Part shown: piece by piece, positions 34,881 to 48,596 of the stretch
How positions within the stretch are numbered: position 1 is the first letter of the stretch
Layout: each line of letters starts with the position of its first letter
DNA from: Phyllosticta citribraziliensis
Lineage: Eukaryota
Assembly (NCBI RefSeq): GCF_038025025.1
Contig: NW_027117345.1
Span: forward strand, 1,550,001-1,614,000
Direction: 5' to 3'
DNA length: 64,000 bases
Position numbers and translations under genes: made by a program
Notes under the pieces: model-generated
Told to the model about the DNA's origin: nothing
Databases searched by the model: none
The model's input: the letters and a program-made list of their open reading frames with translations, nothing else

Positions 34881-36209
34881 ATGGCAGAGCAAAGTACGCC
34901 CAAAAAATTACCCCGCCAAACGCGACTTTCCCGCTGATACTATTGCTAGAGCGCAGCCGTGTCTTCTTCGACATCAACATTGGCACTCAGCCTGCTGGTC
35001 GAATCGCTCTCGAGCTAGTAGGTTCCCACCGTCCTGCCTCACTCTGACCCGTCACTGACCTTCGTAGTACAATGACAGTGAGTTTCCCTCTGCTTACTAC
35101 CATGGCGCCATTTGACCGATCATGGCTAGTTGTCCCCAAGACCGCCGAAAATTTCCGCGCGCTGTGTACTGGCGAGAAGGGAGAGGGCAAGTTCGGCAAG
35201 CCGCTTCACTTCAAGGGCTCCGGCTTTCATCGCGTCATCAAACAATTCATGATCCAAGGCGGAGATTTCACCGCGGGCAATGGCACAGGCGGCGAGAGCA
35301 TCTACGGCGAGAAATTTGAGGACGAGAACTTTGAGCTCAAGCACGAGAAGCCGTTCTTGCTATCCATGGCCAATGCTGGTCCAGGTATGTTGTGCCGGGA
35401 GTGTGGGTGCCGCCGGCGAGCTGACAGTGACATGTACAGGTACCAATGGCTCCCAATTCTTCATCACCACCGTCGCCACGCCTCACTTGGATGAAAAGCA
35501 CGTCGTTTTCGGCGAAGTTATCAATGGCAAGTCTATTGTGCGCCAGATTGAGAACCTCCCCACCGGCGGCCAGGACAAGCCCGTCGCAGACAAGTATCCC
35601 ACCATTGCCGACTGTGGCGAGCTTACGGGCGACGACTACGTCAAATGTACCGAACGCGTCCCCGACAACACCGGCGATCCCTACGAGGAGTTCCCCGAAG
35701 ACCAAGCGGAGCAGCTTAGTGCTTCGGAAATAATCAAGATCGCGTCGGAAGTCAAGGAAATGGGCAACAAGGCTTTCAAGGCAGGCGATGTTCGTCTCGG
35801 TCTGAGCAAGTATCAGAAGGGACTGCGCTATCTCAACGAATACCCGGAGGTGGAGGAGAAGGATGGTGCAGATGCAGAGAAGCATCTGCAGGCTCTGCGC
35901 TTCAGCCTGAACAACAACAGCGCGCTGCTGCAGTACAAGATCAAGGACTATGAAGGCGTTGTCAAGAGTGCGACCTCGGCGTTGGAGGTCAAGGAGGCGA
36001 GCCCTGCCGAGAAGGCCAAGGCACTCTACCGCCGTGCTCAAGCTCTCGAAGCTCGGAAGCACGAAGAGGAGGCTATCAAGGACTACGAGCAAGCCCAGAA
36101 CCTGGCGCCAAACGATGCCGCTATCATCAACTCGTTGGCAAGCGCAAAGAAGAAGCTGGCGGAGCTGCGTAAGAAGGAGAAGGCGGCATACGCCAAATTC
36201 TTCTCGTGA
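34881..36209 (+). CDS. cpr6: Cyclophilin-40 type peptidyl-prolyl isomerase with TPR domain (Cpr6/PPID)
   Basis: RVFFDINIG…[57 protein letters not shown]-terminal TPR helices (KALYRRAQA) and the end KAAYAKFFS. Five exons, including a 10-nt microexon. Confidence 0.95.
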
Positions 36210-36530
36210 GCTTGAGGCAGATACGATTGCAGTTTGCATCTACGATACCGCAAGGCCCACCACGGGGCTCAAGATATGGCGTTGGAAAAGAGATGGCGAA
36301 CACAAGGCATGCTTCTAATGATTTTCCCCCAAGCTCAATCAATGCAGGCAAGGTTTGCCAGGTTCTACGGAAAAGAAAGGTCGAGTTATCATGGAGTACC
36401 ATGTCGCGCGGCGGGGTCATGCAAGGATATCATCTGGCAAGCCACCACCCTTCCGAGGGTAAGTTGCGATTCATATTCTACATCTCATTCAGCTTTCTCA
36501 CCATCTCGTCGCGTGCTTCTTTACTACGTA

Positions 36531-39000
36531 ATGCCTTCGTTAGCCGTCAAATCCGTGCCAGTGCCCTTGACCGAGACAGATGAAGTCACTCCCCTCCTCG
36601 CTACTGGAGCAGCTTCCGATATCGATTCAACATCTAGGGTTACACGGAACCCACGAGCAACCCACTGGCCCTATGCTGCACTGCTTTGTGGCTTGCTTTC
36701 TCTTGTAGCGGACCTTGGCGATGGCATCACCGCAGCACCTGAAGTTCGTCTCTTCGAGATGGCCGTTTGCCGCGACTACTACCGCACTCATGAACCCCGC
36801 TTGATAGGGCCCCCACCTCTGTCCTACGTACCTGAGAAGTACTGCAAGGTGAAGGATATACAAGTGGAGCTGGCATACTTGAGAGCGGTATTGAAGATAT
36901 TGACAACTGTGCCGGGTAAGCCGATTCGTCTCCCTATTTCTTTTCTCTCACAATGCACAATCACATACATTTTGAGTCTATGAAAGAACGATTTCCATCC
37001 ATGTCCTTCAAGCAAACATCTATTTTCCGGGGATCCTGAATGGCTTTGATCACTCACCTTGAATTCATTTCATTCTCCCTGTTCTCTACGGTCGTTGTAG
37101 TGTGTGGCACAGCCATTTCCACCAATCCTCGCACGGCAGACAATATCTGCCGACTATTGAATTGGGGAACTGACAGTCATCTCTTGGACGGTCTCTGAAT
37201 GCTAGCCTGGCATAATATCAAGCCATGGTTGCGCTTTTCTGTTGCACAGGCGATCCTTTCTTCGCGAGTCATTTCTTCCTACTCGTGTTCTAAGGTCCTT
37301 TCTAATCTCCGTCTACTCAAGGTCTTTTGTGTACGATCTTTTACGGCCATTTAGCGGACAAGTGCGGTAGAAAACCAGTCCTGCTCATGGGGATGTGCGG
37401 ACAGATACTGAGTTTTGTGTGGATAATATTCGTGTGTGAGCTCACCCAATTCATTCAACGTTTTGATCTCTCTACACCTTCCACCTGCGGCGGGTACACG
37501 TAGCAGATCTCCACTAACACATCGACTTCTTTTCTGCCCCAGGCTACTTTCACACGCTCTTCCCCGTCCGCCTCGTCTGGGCGTCGAGCTTGTTCCAGTT
37601 CATAGGCGGAGGCCATCGCGTCATTGGCGCAATAATGAACACAATTATCGTGGACGTCGCGCCACAGACTGCCCGAACAACGTCTTTCTATCTCCTGGGA
37701 GCGGCCATCCGCGTCACCGACATGCTCGCTGCCATCGCTGGCTCTGCCCTCCTCGAGCGGGACATATGGCTGCCCTACGAAATCGCAACACCCGTCCTCC
37801 TCCTTTCGCTGCCTATCTGTCTCGCCATGCCCGAGACGTTGATCAAGACGGAAAGGCGCACAACGACACAAGCAAAGACCACGGAGTCACGTAAAGACTC
37901 CGGGGCGATGGTATCGCCGTCTTCGTCCTCTGCCGCAGCTGCATCCAGTGCGCCACAGGAACCTTTCTCGAACAGACCAAACCTGCGAGATAGACTGAAA
38001 GCAATTTGTCCTTCCCTTGTATCTCCTAAGCATCTCCTTTCCCCTCTTTCGCTAGTTTTCTTCATCGTCTTCCTGAAGACGTTCGCCCTCGCATCAAACA
38101 CCCTCTTCCTGCAGTACGCCTCGGCAGCGCTACATTGGAGCATCGCGCGGGCAGGGTATCTGCTTTCAATCAAGGGAGCCCTGTCTCTAGCGGTGCTTAT
38201 TGGACTTCCGGTGCTGGGCCGCTGGCTCATGGGAGGCGCCGCCAGACGCAGGACAAGCAGGGTCGAAAGACAAGAGGAAGCTCTAGAAGGCGAAGATGAC
38301 AAAGACGAGAAAGCGACTGGGACGAGGATGGTCGATGTGTGGGTGGCAAGGGGCAGTTTGGGTCTGTTGGCCGTGGGATGCTGGTGCGTTGCGGGTGCCG
38401 GGGCCGCCGGCCATAGAGGACCTGGAGTCATGATCTTTGGTATGTGTCTCCCGCGAGCAGCTTATATGTTGGAATTCCCGCACCACAGCACGTTTCCCTT
38501 AGTAGGTGCTCCAGCTAACATGCGAAACCACTCGCAGGCCTCATCCTGCTGTCCCTGGGCAATGGAATAACGCAAACGATGCGCGGCCTCGTCGCACACT
38601 TCTCTGCTTCAAGTTGCCAAAAGCCTCGCTCGTCCCGCCCTTCCTCCCCCTGCTCCGCTTCTTCATCATCACCATCGCCACGTCCCGCACCTCCACGTTC
38701 GTCGGGCACCGGCAACCTGTACGGGACGCTCGTCCTCTTCGAGCTCGCAGCCATTCTGCTCGGAAATGCCGCTTTCGCCGCGTTGTACGGCGCTGGGGCT
38801 GATTTGAATGGCGGCGGTGGCGCTTGGCTTGGGTTGCCGTTTTGGGTTGCTGGGGTACGTCGTGGCGAGCCTTTTCTTTCCTTAGTTTGCCGGTTGTTGA
38901 TACCGTGAACGAAGTCACAGCTGACGCAATGGTGGAATCTTCACAGGTCACTTTCTTCCTCGCCATGCTCGTGGCAGCAGCGTTGCCGGCAAAAGAGTAA
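36531..39000 (+). CDS. Major facilitator superfamily transporter (5 exons)
   Basis: PEVRLFEMAVCRDYY…CKVKDIQVELAYL, MFS motif A GHLADKCGRKPVLL, FQFIGGG and multiple TM helices. Ends VTFFLAMLVAAALPAKE*. Confidence 0.85.
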
Positions 39001-39945
39001 GCAGTACACGTCGCAAATGATATACGGCGATGACGATGACAGCAGCAAGCAAAAAAGAGACGGCAAGCAAAAAGGCAGGGGAAGGATTGGCGGCGGCGGC
39101 GGTTGCAGCAGCAGCAAAACTACAAAACAATTCGGCCGCGTCGGATGAGTACGATCAGGCAAAGCGCCAGCGACCCGCGGTACCTACGTCTGCCCGCCGG
39201 GGGGTTGGCGGCGATAATACACCCTCCTGAGTACGACCTGAAGATCGAATCCATGACCACGCAGTCGGCTAACCACGAGGGCAACCGAGCGGCGGAGATG
39301 AGAGAGGACTCGCCGTTTTGGTTTATGGAGTAGCGCCTGCGAGGAGCGCCTGCGCCTGCCTGAGGTTCTGCGCGCTTGAAGCGCCAGCTGGCCGGGAAGA
39401 TGCGTTGCTACTGGTAGAGCGGGGCCGTCTCATCATGGCCGCTGTGGTGTTGGTGTTGAAATCTTTGGATACCTATGAGACCTGACTTCTCCGTAGAACA
39501 GTTTTCGTCTTTACGGCGCAAGGGGATAATACATTGGTTTAGATTGGACAGACAGGCTAGAGACCAAGATGACGCTGTTACTGCGTTGTATATCGTGACG
39601 TCTGGTTGCCCTTAACGCAAAACGAAGCAAGTCCGTGTCTGTCCCAAAAACGATGCCAGCATACTAAGCTTTGAGGCAGGATTCCATGCTCGATTTCTTG
39701 CAAAGGCAACGCGTAGTAAGGTAAGCAAAATAAAATGGTTTCATGACGACATTGCTAAGTGAATGGACAGCTGAAGTGGAGAAACAACCGCAGCAGACAA
39801 CGACAACAAGACAGAAAACACGCAGTAGCTGGATACAAGCCAACGACACACCGGTGAAAACCGTGGAAAAGACCAATTAAGCGCCCGTCCCTCATCCTAC
39901 TATCATTCAACCCTGGAGCGTTCACCAACACGCGCACAAACCCAT

Positions 39946-42900
39946 CTACCCCGACTTGGATACCTCAACATTCGCCACGCCACTGCCAACATCCTCGAGT
40001 CCCTCATCACCCTTTGCCTTCAAGGCAGCCCCGCTCATGGTCGCGTCCTTGCAGCTGTCGTCGACGTCTAAGGTGCGATCCAAGCCCTTGCCTTTGCGCC
40101 GCTCCTCCTGGCCCGGCCGCACGACCTCGATGGCTACGTCCGTGTCTTTACTGTACACCCGTAGGCCAACCACGACGACCGCGTTCCACGGGTCGCGCTC
40201 AATCTCGTCGTCTTCTTCTTCGGCTGCGCCGTCGTTGGCCGGCCCGGCTGCAGCATTGTCGTCGCCTCCGCCGCCAAACGCGGCAACGGGGGGCGGCAGC
40301 AGGGCGCGCGGAATGAGCGAATGCGGCTGCTGAGCCCCGGCATCGTTGTTATCGTCCTCCGAGTCGCTCGTCAGCGTGTCGCCGTCGATTTCAGAATCCC
40401 AGGTCAAGTCCGAGTCGGAAAGATCGAGCGGCTGCGCCGCCAGCGAGCCGGCGACGGACGAGGCGCGCGACCGTGAACCGCCGCCGTTGCTGTAGGCGCG
40501 CATGCTGCGGGCTCCTGGGCGCACGGGCAGGGGACCGACGTGCGGCGAAAGCGTCGAGCGCCGGACGGGAGCGCCGGGCGACGACGTCCGCGAGTCGACT
40601 GGTTTGCCCTCGTTGTCGTTGTTGTAGCCGCCTCGCCCTGCGTTGTAGCCTCCGCGGCCAGTGTATCCGGATGGCGAGCGGCTGCGGCCGACTGGAGGAG
40701 TGCCCGGCTGTTGGGCGTTTTGCACATCGGCAGTCTCGTTGTAGCCACCGCGTCCATTGTATCCGCCCCGGCCGCCGTACCCGGATGGCGAACGGCTACG
40801 ACCAACGGGAGGCGTGCCGGGGTGAGGAGCCGATGGCTCCGGGGCCTCGTTGTATCCACCGCGTCCTTGGTTGTAGCCTCCTCTGCCTGTATATCCTTGC
40901 GAGGGAGAGCCGCGCTCAAGATGACCCTCATTGATGGGCTGCGAGTCGGAGTCGGGCGGCGTCTCGTTGTAGCCACCCCTGCCGTTATAACCGCCCCTAC
41001 CGTTGTAGCCTCCTCTTCCAGTGAAATCCGCCGAAGGAGACACGCGGCCTTCCACAAGATGCGTTTCGGGAATGCGCCTGTCGAAGCCGGTCGAAGGGAG
41101 AGTCTGCGAATGGCCTCGGGAATGATGGATGGAAGAGGGCTCGGAGTCGTTATACCCTCCCCGGCCTCCGAAGCCACCTTGGCCATCTACGGGAGTGGGA
41201 GCTTCGAAAGTGAGGTGAGGGGACATGAGGTGCGAAGAAGACACACCAGTCTCTCCTACCTCGTTGCCCGAGACAAACTCGGGGAAGGACTCGGAGCTCT
41301 CATTGTATCCGCCGCGGCCGTTGTAGCCGCCTCGACCGTTGTACCCTCCGCGTCCATTGAAAGCGTTTTGAGCAGCCTCCAGGCGTATCGTGTTGACTGA
41401 AGTCGAAGATTTCGCGCGGTGACGGGAGCGGATCGAAGGGCGTTCGTCTCCCTCGTCATTCGTGACGCTGATACCCAGCGGGTTATCGTCCTCCTCGTCG
41501 ATTCGGTGCTCGCACGAACGAGGGGTCGGGAATCCACTGGCCATGGCCTCCTGCTTGGCAGCAAGCTTCTCTCTCTTCCGCTGCGTCTTGATGTGCTGCT
41601 TTTGGCGAATCTTTTGCTTTCTCTCGTGATGCCTCTTCTTGCGCGCCTTCTCGAGTTCCTTCCGCTCCTGCTTGTCCCGCTGCTTCTTCTCCCTTTCCAA
41701 TTGGCGGAACTGTCCCTTGGCGTGGGCGAGATCGTAGCTTAGACCAGTTGAAAGAAGCTTCTCTCTCCGCGGGAGACATGTCTCGCGCACCACTTCTTCG
41801 GGCGTCTTTACGTCTGGGTATCTTTTTGCGGTAATCTTCAGGAGGACGGTGTACCTTCCAGCTTCCAGGTTGAGCTCTGTGCTGACCGAACGTTTCATGT
41901 AGTATGCGCCATTGCTGCGGACAATGTAGTCTTCTTCATCGCCGCGATGCAGTCTGAACATGAGGTGGAATTCGTAAGGACCCTCGAGACCACAAAAGTA
42001 GCGGTCGTCAAGCTGCTGGAGAACAATGACGACAGAGCTCGGTTTGCTGAGTGTGATGCTAAATTTGGTGTCGTGGTAGTCGACGGACCAAGGAACGTTC
42101 AAGCTTGTCCATTGCTGGGTGACTGTCCACTCAGGACCAAAAAGCCGAGTGCGATCAAAATGCTGGTAGTTGCGGAGAAGATCCCTGTAGCTGATCCAGA
42201 AGACGCCGTCGTCTCCGAATCGGTGATTCAGCTTCTCCATCCATTCTGGGGTCCACTCTCGGGAGCCGTCGCTCCACGCACCCTTCCACTCAGACCTGCC
42301 CCACGGGTTCCTAGAGGCGGCTGTTAGATGGTTGAAGTCAAAATCACGGGGAGAGCTTACCTCAACTTCAGGAGCTTGTTGCCCTCGACCTCGCGGGCCT
42401 CCATGATCGAATAGGCATGTCTTTCCTGAATGCCTTTCCGCTCGCCATAGATGCCGCCCATCTGACCACATCCGAAGAGAAAGTCTTCATTAACTCTGAT
42501 GAGCTCCTCCCAGAACTTCTGCTTGTCGAGGATATCCGTCGAAAAGACTTCGGTTGTTACACCGCCGGTCAAGTCCTCGACGCCCTCGCCGACGAAGCCG
42601 CCATTGATGGCAGCGTAGTCGCCATGGGCCTTGGCGTAAGCTTTCTCGAGGAGGGGTAGCCAAGTCTCGTTGGGGTCACTGCACTGGGCAAAGTACAGTG
42701 CGGTTGAGCCAATTTGCATTTCTCGGCGATATGCATCGTCAGGGTTTTTACGATTGTGAATTTCCAGCCACTGCTGACGGTCGCGCGTAGACTCGTCAAA
42801 ATCTTCCTTGATCAGGTAAAGCTTGTCGTCAATGACTTCTGAGATCCACTCGCCATCTAGATACGCAGGTCAGATGGTGTTCAATTTTCTTGGTATCGGT

Positions 42901-43830
42901 GGTAGGTGGGGTGCGGTGCGGTTGGCTAGTAGGGGAAGGGGTGGCGCCAGGGGTAGGGTGGCACAACGTCCAAAAACAGAACATGGCGTAGTGGTACCAA
43001 TAGGAAGATTGAAAAAGAAATCAGCAGATAATGTCTCACCTCGGTGGAAAACAAAGCCATAGACACCCACCATCTCATCGCGGGCGACGCAGACTTGGTC
43101 AATAAGGCCTTTCTTGTTGCTGCACGTGCACAGCGCAGACATGAGCCAGCAGTCGCCATCGTTGCCCTGTCGGATATCGTTTGCGGTGGCTCCTTGTATG
43201 AAGAATTGCGGCTTTTCAAAAATGTCCTGCGACAGTCAAAATGGGTTCTGGGCCGAAATGGTGGTCGAATGCTCCGAAAGCTCTTACCTCAACCCTCTTG
43301 ACGCTCATAGGCTTTAGGTCGGTGGTTTCTTGGTCCAAGGCCGTCAAGCAGTCGGGCGGAGCTCCCGTCTCGCGGCTCCGCCGAAAATCGGCCTCAATGT
43401 CAAAGTGCGGGTCCCTGTATTTTTGGTTGATTCTCCTGCACTCCTTGACAATCTTGTCGACCTTGGCCTTGCAATGGGCCACGGCTTCGGCGTAGGAGGC
43501 AATGGCATTTTGTCCGGGACTGAGATCTTTCCGGCGCTGATGAGCCGCTCGCTTAGCGTACAGGTTGTCGGGCAGGATGGTAAAGATTTTGCCGGGGTGC
43601 TTGGTGTTGAACTTGTCCCAAAAGTCGTCGATTGACTTTTGGGGAGGGCGCTCGGGCCGAGGCATCCTGCGTCGGGACGGGCCTTGCTGCTCGTCTGTGG
43701 GTTGCTGGGATGATTGGAGACCTGGTCTCGCCTCGGGCTCGTAGACGGACGGAGTGCGCGAGTGGAGTGGAGTAGAAGTGCTTCTGTCGACGAGGGTTAT
43801 ATTAAGATTACTGAGTTTCTGCGGATGCAT
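39946..43830 (-). CDS. Calpain-family cysteine protease (peptidase C2) with coiled coil and GRGGYN-repeat C-terminal region; 5' end uncertain
   Basis: Catalytic triad motifs QGNDGDCWLMSAL, HAYSI and RNPWG. Also WLPLLEKAYAKAHGDY, EDLTGG and DDGVFWISY. Multiple GT-AG introns. Confidence 0.9.
40620..41360 (-). repeat. Coding peptide repeats: 13 copies of GRGGYN in 6 clusters, plus a duplicated PGTPPVGRSRSPSGY unit
   Basis: Counted in the translation of ORF 39946-42471. Synonymous codons differ between copies. Confidence 0.9.
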
Positions 43831-45593
43831 CCCGGCCGGCGGCTATTGCGTCAAAGGTCTAGGAAAGATGTGGTTGGTAAACGGCGGGGGCTTGATGGTG
43901 GAGCTTTCATGTGGACAGAGGCGGGGTTGATATAGGCCAAGAGGATAACAGGTGGAACAGGTGGAGCCGGCGCTGGCAATGGAGAAGATAGAGAAAGGGT
44001 GCTGCGGCTGAAGAGGGCAGCATCATGGTGCGATGCTGGCTCTGGAGGCGCATTTTCAGAGACTGGGGGGTGGGGGCGGTAAGCTGGAAGCGGGCATGCC
44101 GCGCGATGGACGGAGTGTCAGACTGGTGGCACCGGTCCAGACAGACAGACAGTGACAGACAGGCCAATCGGCACGGCGGCAAGCTGTGGGTAAGGTAGAG
44201 GCGGTGATATTTTTGCCAGAGTTGGTGCAATTGGCCCGACACGCTCCAGAGGCCGACGGTTCGTAGGGCTGGCGTCTCGCTCTTCTCACCACCATGACTG
44301 ACCACCATGTCCATACCTGCAGGGACGCTGGAGCCTGCCCTGTCTCTTTCTCGTCTGCATGTCAGCTTCCACCCGCACACCGTGACATCGACCCTAATGT
44401 TCCATCGCATCCATCACCACCCACTGCCGAGCAGCGCACCGACTCACCTCCGCCTCGACCTCCACCGTCATAATCTGACGGCACCGCCAGCTCCGCCCCT
44501 GTCCACCGTCTCTTCGCCTCTGCTGGCCAAACCGGCAGCCGTTCCCGCATCTTGTGCCTTGGGATCGCTGTGAGCTGACGTCCCCCAACCAGCGCGCCCT
44601 GCCGTCATCACCGTCTCTGTATCACATCACCCGGCCGGATCCCTTGGCCAGCTGGTGCTCTCTTCTTCCTCATACAGACCCTGGCTTGGTCCGCATATGC
44701 CCGCCTCTTCTTGCAGACGCTGCGCGTGCCTTTTCCGCAAGCCAAAAATTCATGTGCTCGTGCTGCCATGCCCGTGCGCCATCATCATTCCACTTTTCTG
44801 AACGCTATCCAGAGTCCACAATTGCGGTGGCTTTGATCTGTCGTCAACCGGACATTTGGCCCGCGGCCCTGTGCGTCTCGCCTGTGCCGTGCGACCTTCC
44901 AAACCGAGCACTCACCATTTACCTAAACACAAGGCGATCAAGGAAAATGGCGGCCGTTACTTTTCCAAGTACATGTATCACCCTATAGGAAAGCGTCAGC
45001 ATACGTGCAACAGGGCCAAGACGCGACGCGACCTATCCACAAAAGACGTCCATCTCCGCAACTTTGTCATGATTCGACGATGCACAAACAGGGCGCAGGC
45101 ATGCAGGCAGCAAGGCTCCAGCTGCCATGTCCATCTCAGGCAGGTATGTCGCTCAACTAGACGCAACGAGACAGCTTGTACCATGCCACGTCCCAAAGAG
45201 TCAGCGTTTGTGACCATTTCAGAATGAATCATAGTTAGATCGAGCAATCATGTGATGCGGCTGACAACCTTCCATTCGGAAAGGGGCAAAACGCCAAGAG
45301 TACTCTTTTTTTCATTGGAACAAAATATTCAGCTGCAGCTGTAACGAATTTGGGTATAGCGAATTGGGGGTATAACGATCGCTGGAACGACAGTAAACAC
45401 CGTTGCAGATGACCGACGACTGAGAAACCGAGAAGAAACGCGACATCTGCTCAAATGCACGCAAAAACGAATGCTGGTGCGGCCAGTCTCCTTCGAGTTG
45501 TAGTCTTTGGTGAAGGAGAACCTTCTTCAAAACATCCGGCACAACCCCATCTCACGATGGCACTTCCTCGCAAAATTGCAAACTATCCAAGGC

Positions 45594-46367
45594 TTACTTG
45601 GTTTCGTGGGCAGTGAAAGCGGCCTCAGGCTTGACCTCGGCAGCAGCCGCGAGAGCGTCAGACTTGATCTCGGGCTTGGTCTCCGTCTTCTCAATCTTCT
45701 GCTCCGGCACTGCGCTCTTGCTTTGCTCAGTGTCATCCTTATCGTCCGCGAGGGCTATGTCGAGGTTCGGGTGGTCATCAAGCGGACCGCTGGTCGCAGA
45801 CATTCCCGGAGCCGGGTTGGCCTTGGGAAGGGGTGTCTCCTCGACAGGGGCTGGCTTGGCCTCAGGTTCGGCAGTGACAGCTTTGGCGTCTGTCGCTGGA
45901 CCAGCGCTTGACTCGGCCGGCGTCTCGCTCTTTTGTTCGGTCACGGCTGGCGCAGCCGATTCCGGAGCGGTAGAGGGATCAGCGGGGGTTTGCGATGGTT
46001 CGCTTGTCGCCGGAGCTGTATCATTGTTAGCCTACGTCGTAAAGACGCGATTCGTGAGACGACGTCGATGTGAGCGCTTACCGGCAACCTCCTTCCCTGC
46101 GTCGGGCTTGGTGTCAGATTCACCCGCCGGCTTAGACTCCTCCGGTTTCTTTGCATCGACTGCCGGAGCAGCCGCAGGAGCAGCACCAGCAGCGGCAACA
46201 GGGGCAGCGGCGGGCGCGGCGGCGGCGGGAGTTGTTTTAGTAGGCTGATTAGGCTCGGTCGTTGCGGTACCGGCAGCCTGGTTCGCGGACGCTCCGTTGG
46301 TCGCCGCGTCCTTCTTGGCCTTTTTGCGCTTGAAGAGGTTCTTGAAGGCCTTCTTCATGGTGGCCAT
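45594..46367 (-). CDS. Ala/Pro/Glu/Lys-rich hypothetical protein (intron 46016-46081)
   Basis: MATMKKAFKNLFKRKK… splices via GTAAGC…GCTAAC…CAG in frame to APATSEPSQ…APGMSATSGPLDDHP…HETK*. Confidence 0.75.
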
Positions 46368-47038
46368 CGAGTCGGGTGCTAGGAAACGGCGGCGTCAGCA
46401 TGAGGCAGAGAGACGAGGTTGCGGCCAGCGGTGGGTGCCTCCTGCGCGTCGCTCGGCGGCGGTGAAGGAGCCAGGTACTTACGAACGCCAGGCATGGTGG
46501 GCAAGATGGGTGGAAATGGTGGTGCGCAGGTGAGGGGAAAGGAGCTAGCAGAGGGGGCCTTTTGAGGAAGTAACCTGACGGCCCAAATGAAAGAGGCGGT
46601 CGGCGAGCAGAGGTTAGTTGTGGGGTGGAAGCATGAGGAGTCGTGAGACTTGGGGGAGCTCGTCCCGCTTGCAGTGGTGTGCTGGGATGCAGCTTGCTCA
46701 GCCCCAGATTCTGTCGGAACCGTTTCATCAGGTCGTGGCTATTTTTGGCCCAAGCGCCCTGCTGACTCCCAGTCTACAACGGCACTTGCCTCGACCTCCT
46801 ACAACCAACTCTCTCCTTGCCCACCTCTCCATCCATTACTCAAACCCCGTGTCCACCAACTTCTGGCGCACAAATCGCTGCCTTGAAGTCCGAGATGCGA
46901 GGCAGCCTTCATCTCTGATCCGTCATCCAATCGCTGCGCCCCCTGCCGCGACACTCCAAGAGCCTGGGCCAATCTTCTGCCGCCGGCCCGAGAAGGCTTC
47001 TTTTTGCTCTGGGAAATGACTTGAGCAATTTCATCTGT

Positions 47039-48596
47039 CTAGGGCGCCGGATCTTTGCGCGCCCAAGGTGCCTGTGTGGGAGCCATTGTCTCCGCTGGCC
47101 TTCCTTCAGACCGTGACGTTGGAGCTGGTCTTGCCCAAGGCGCTCCCGTGGTGGTGGTGGCATTGTTACCGGCCGCTGAAGCAGCGGGCATCTGCGTCAT
47201 GCCTTGCCGTGATCTACCCAGGCCTCCAGCCCCTGCAGCCCCGGACGACCTTGCCCAGGGCGCCGCTGTCATTGGCAGGCCGGTCTGGGGATTTGCGGAA
47301 AACCCCTGAGTGACCTGCGGAGGAAGCCTTTGAGATGCTTCGTTTGCTTGAGAGGTAGGAGGAGTCCTCAAAGGCTGATTCTGCGTATGGGTCGTCCTGG
47401 GCGGCTCGACCGCCGTTGGATCCTTCTCCCAGCAGAAGAGGGAGCCGAAGGGGAAGTGCTGCACTACTGGGAACTTTGAGAGAACTTCGGCGTTGTACAT
47501 CTTCAGCATGCCCTGTGCCATTTCGTCAGCACACACACATGAAAGGAAGAGACGATTGAGCATGCCTTGTTGATCTTTGCCCAACCAGCCTTGACACCAG
47601 ATATGTCGTACAGGATGGGGCTGTGTTCCCAAAATGGACCCTTCTTCACATCGTAGATGAAGCCAATGGCGCTAAAGTACATATTCTTTTTGCGCTCGCG
47701 TTGGACGGTATTAGGTTTCGCAACATCGCCCGGATCAGGGGCGTCTGGTAATGAGCCCTCGCCAGGAATATCAGCAGGGCTGCGAATAGGAGGCGATAGT
47801 TGAGCAGAGCCAAAGATGTACGGAACAAAAGAATGATCGTCCAGTCCCCAAACGCCGTGAGAACCTGCTGGTTCCAAGGTGTAGGTGAGTATCAAACGAC
47901 GAATCAGCTTGAGATATCTGCCACCACCATGTCAGATTCAGCTGCAGTTCAGGAATGACCCACTTACGGCTCGACAACCCCAATGACGATCCCACGTTCC
48001 TCCACGCCAGGGTCTGCTTCCGCAAATCCCCCCAGCTTCCAGATGCCGCCCAAGAATGCCAAGAAACTCAACTCATGACCCGTACCGTAATCTAACCTCT
48101 GAGCGCTCCCGAAGCTGCCGAGAAGGTATGCGACGAGTTCGTCTTTTGCGCTGACATCCCCGCCGTCATCTTTCCCGAAGCTGAGAACCTCAGATCCAAC
48201 GGCCTCATCCATCCAGACAGGTAGCCGTTGCTCCACAATCTCGAACCATTTTCGAAAACTAACGTTGCCAAAACGTCGTGGGCCGGGGTCCGGGGGAGCC
48301 TCATCGATGACGGCATCCAGCTTCTGCAGTAAGCTTCCGAGCTTCTGCACCGGGTCGGAGAAGGCGACTGTTTCGCCGTGCAAGCCCCATGTCCGATACG
48401 AAGAGTCGGTCTTCTTAGGAAACATGGCGGCATTGAGCTGCAGGATCCAGGTCATGATATCGGCGTAGCCTTGGGACGTGAGGAAGAAGTTGACATCTTC
48501 GCCATCGTTGATCTTCTTCTTGGGCGTCTGGAAGCGGTGCGTCGAAGCAGAGTCAAGCTTTGCGAGCGGCTTGTTGGCGTCTAAAGCGTTTGCCAT
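47039..48596 (-). CDS. rrd1: PP2A activator (PTPA; Rrd1/Ypa1-like), 3 exons
   Basis: [63 protein letters not shown] and [17 protein letters not shown]. Confidence 0.92.

Noticed and set aside
35337..36239. 300-aa minus-strand ORF
   Set aside because: Antisense shadow of cyclophilin-40, explained by codon bias.
40540..41400. Spaced DNA repeats resembling a CRISPR-like array
   Set aside because: They are degenerate codons of GRGGYN peptide repeats inside a eukaryotic CDS, with irregular spacing and no cas genes.
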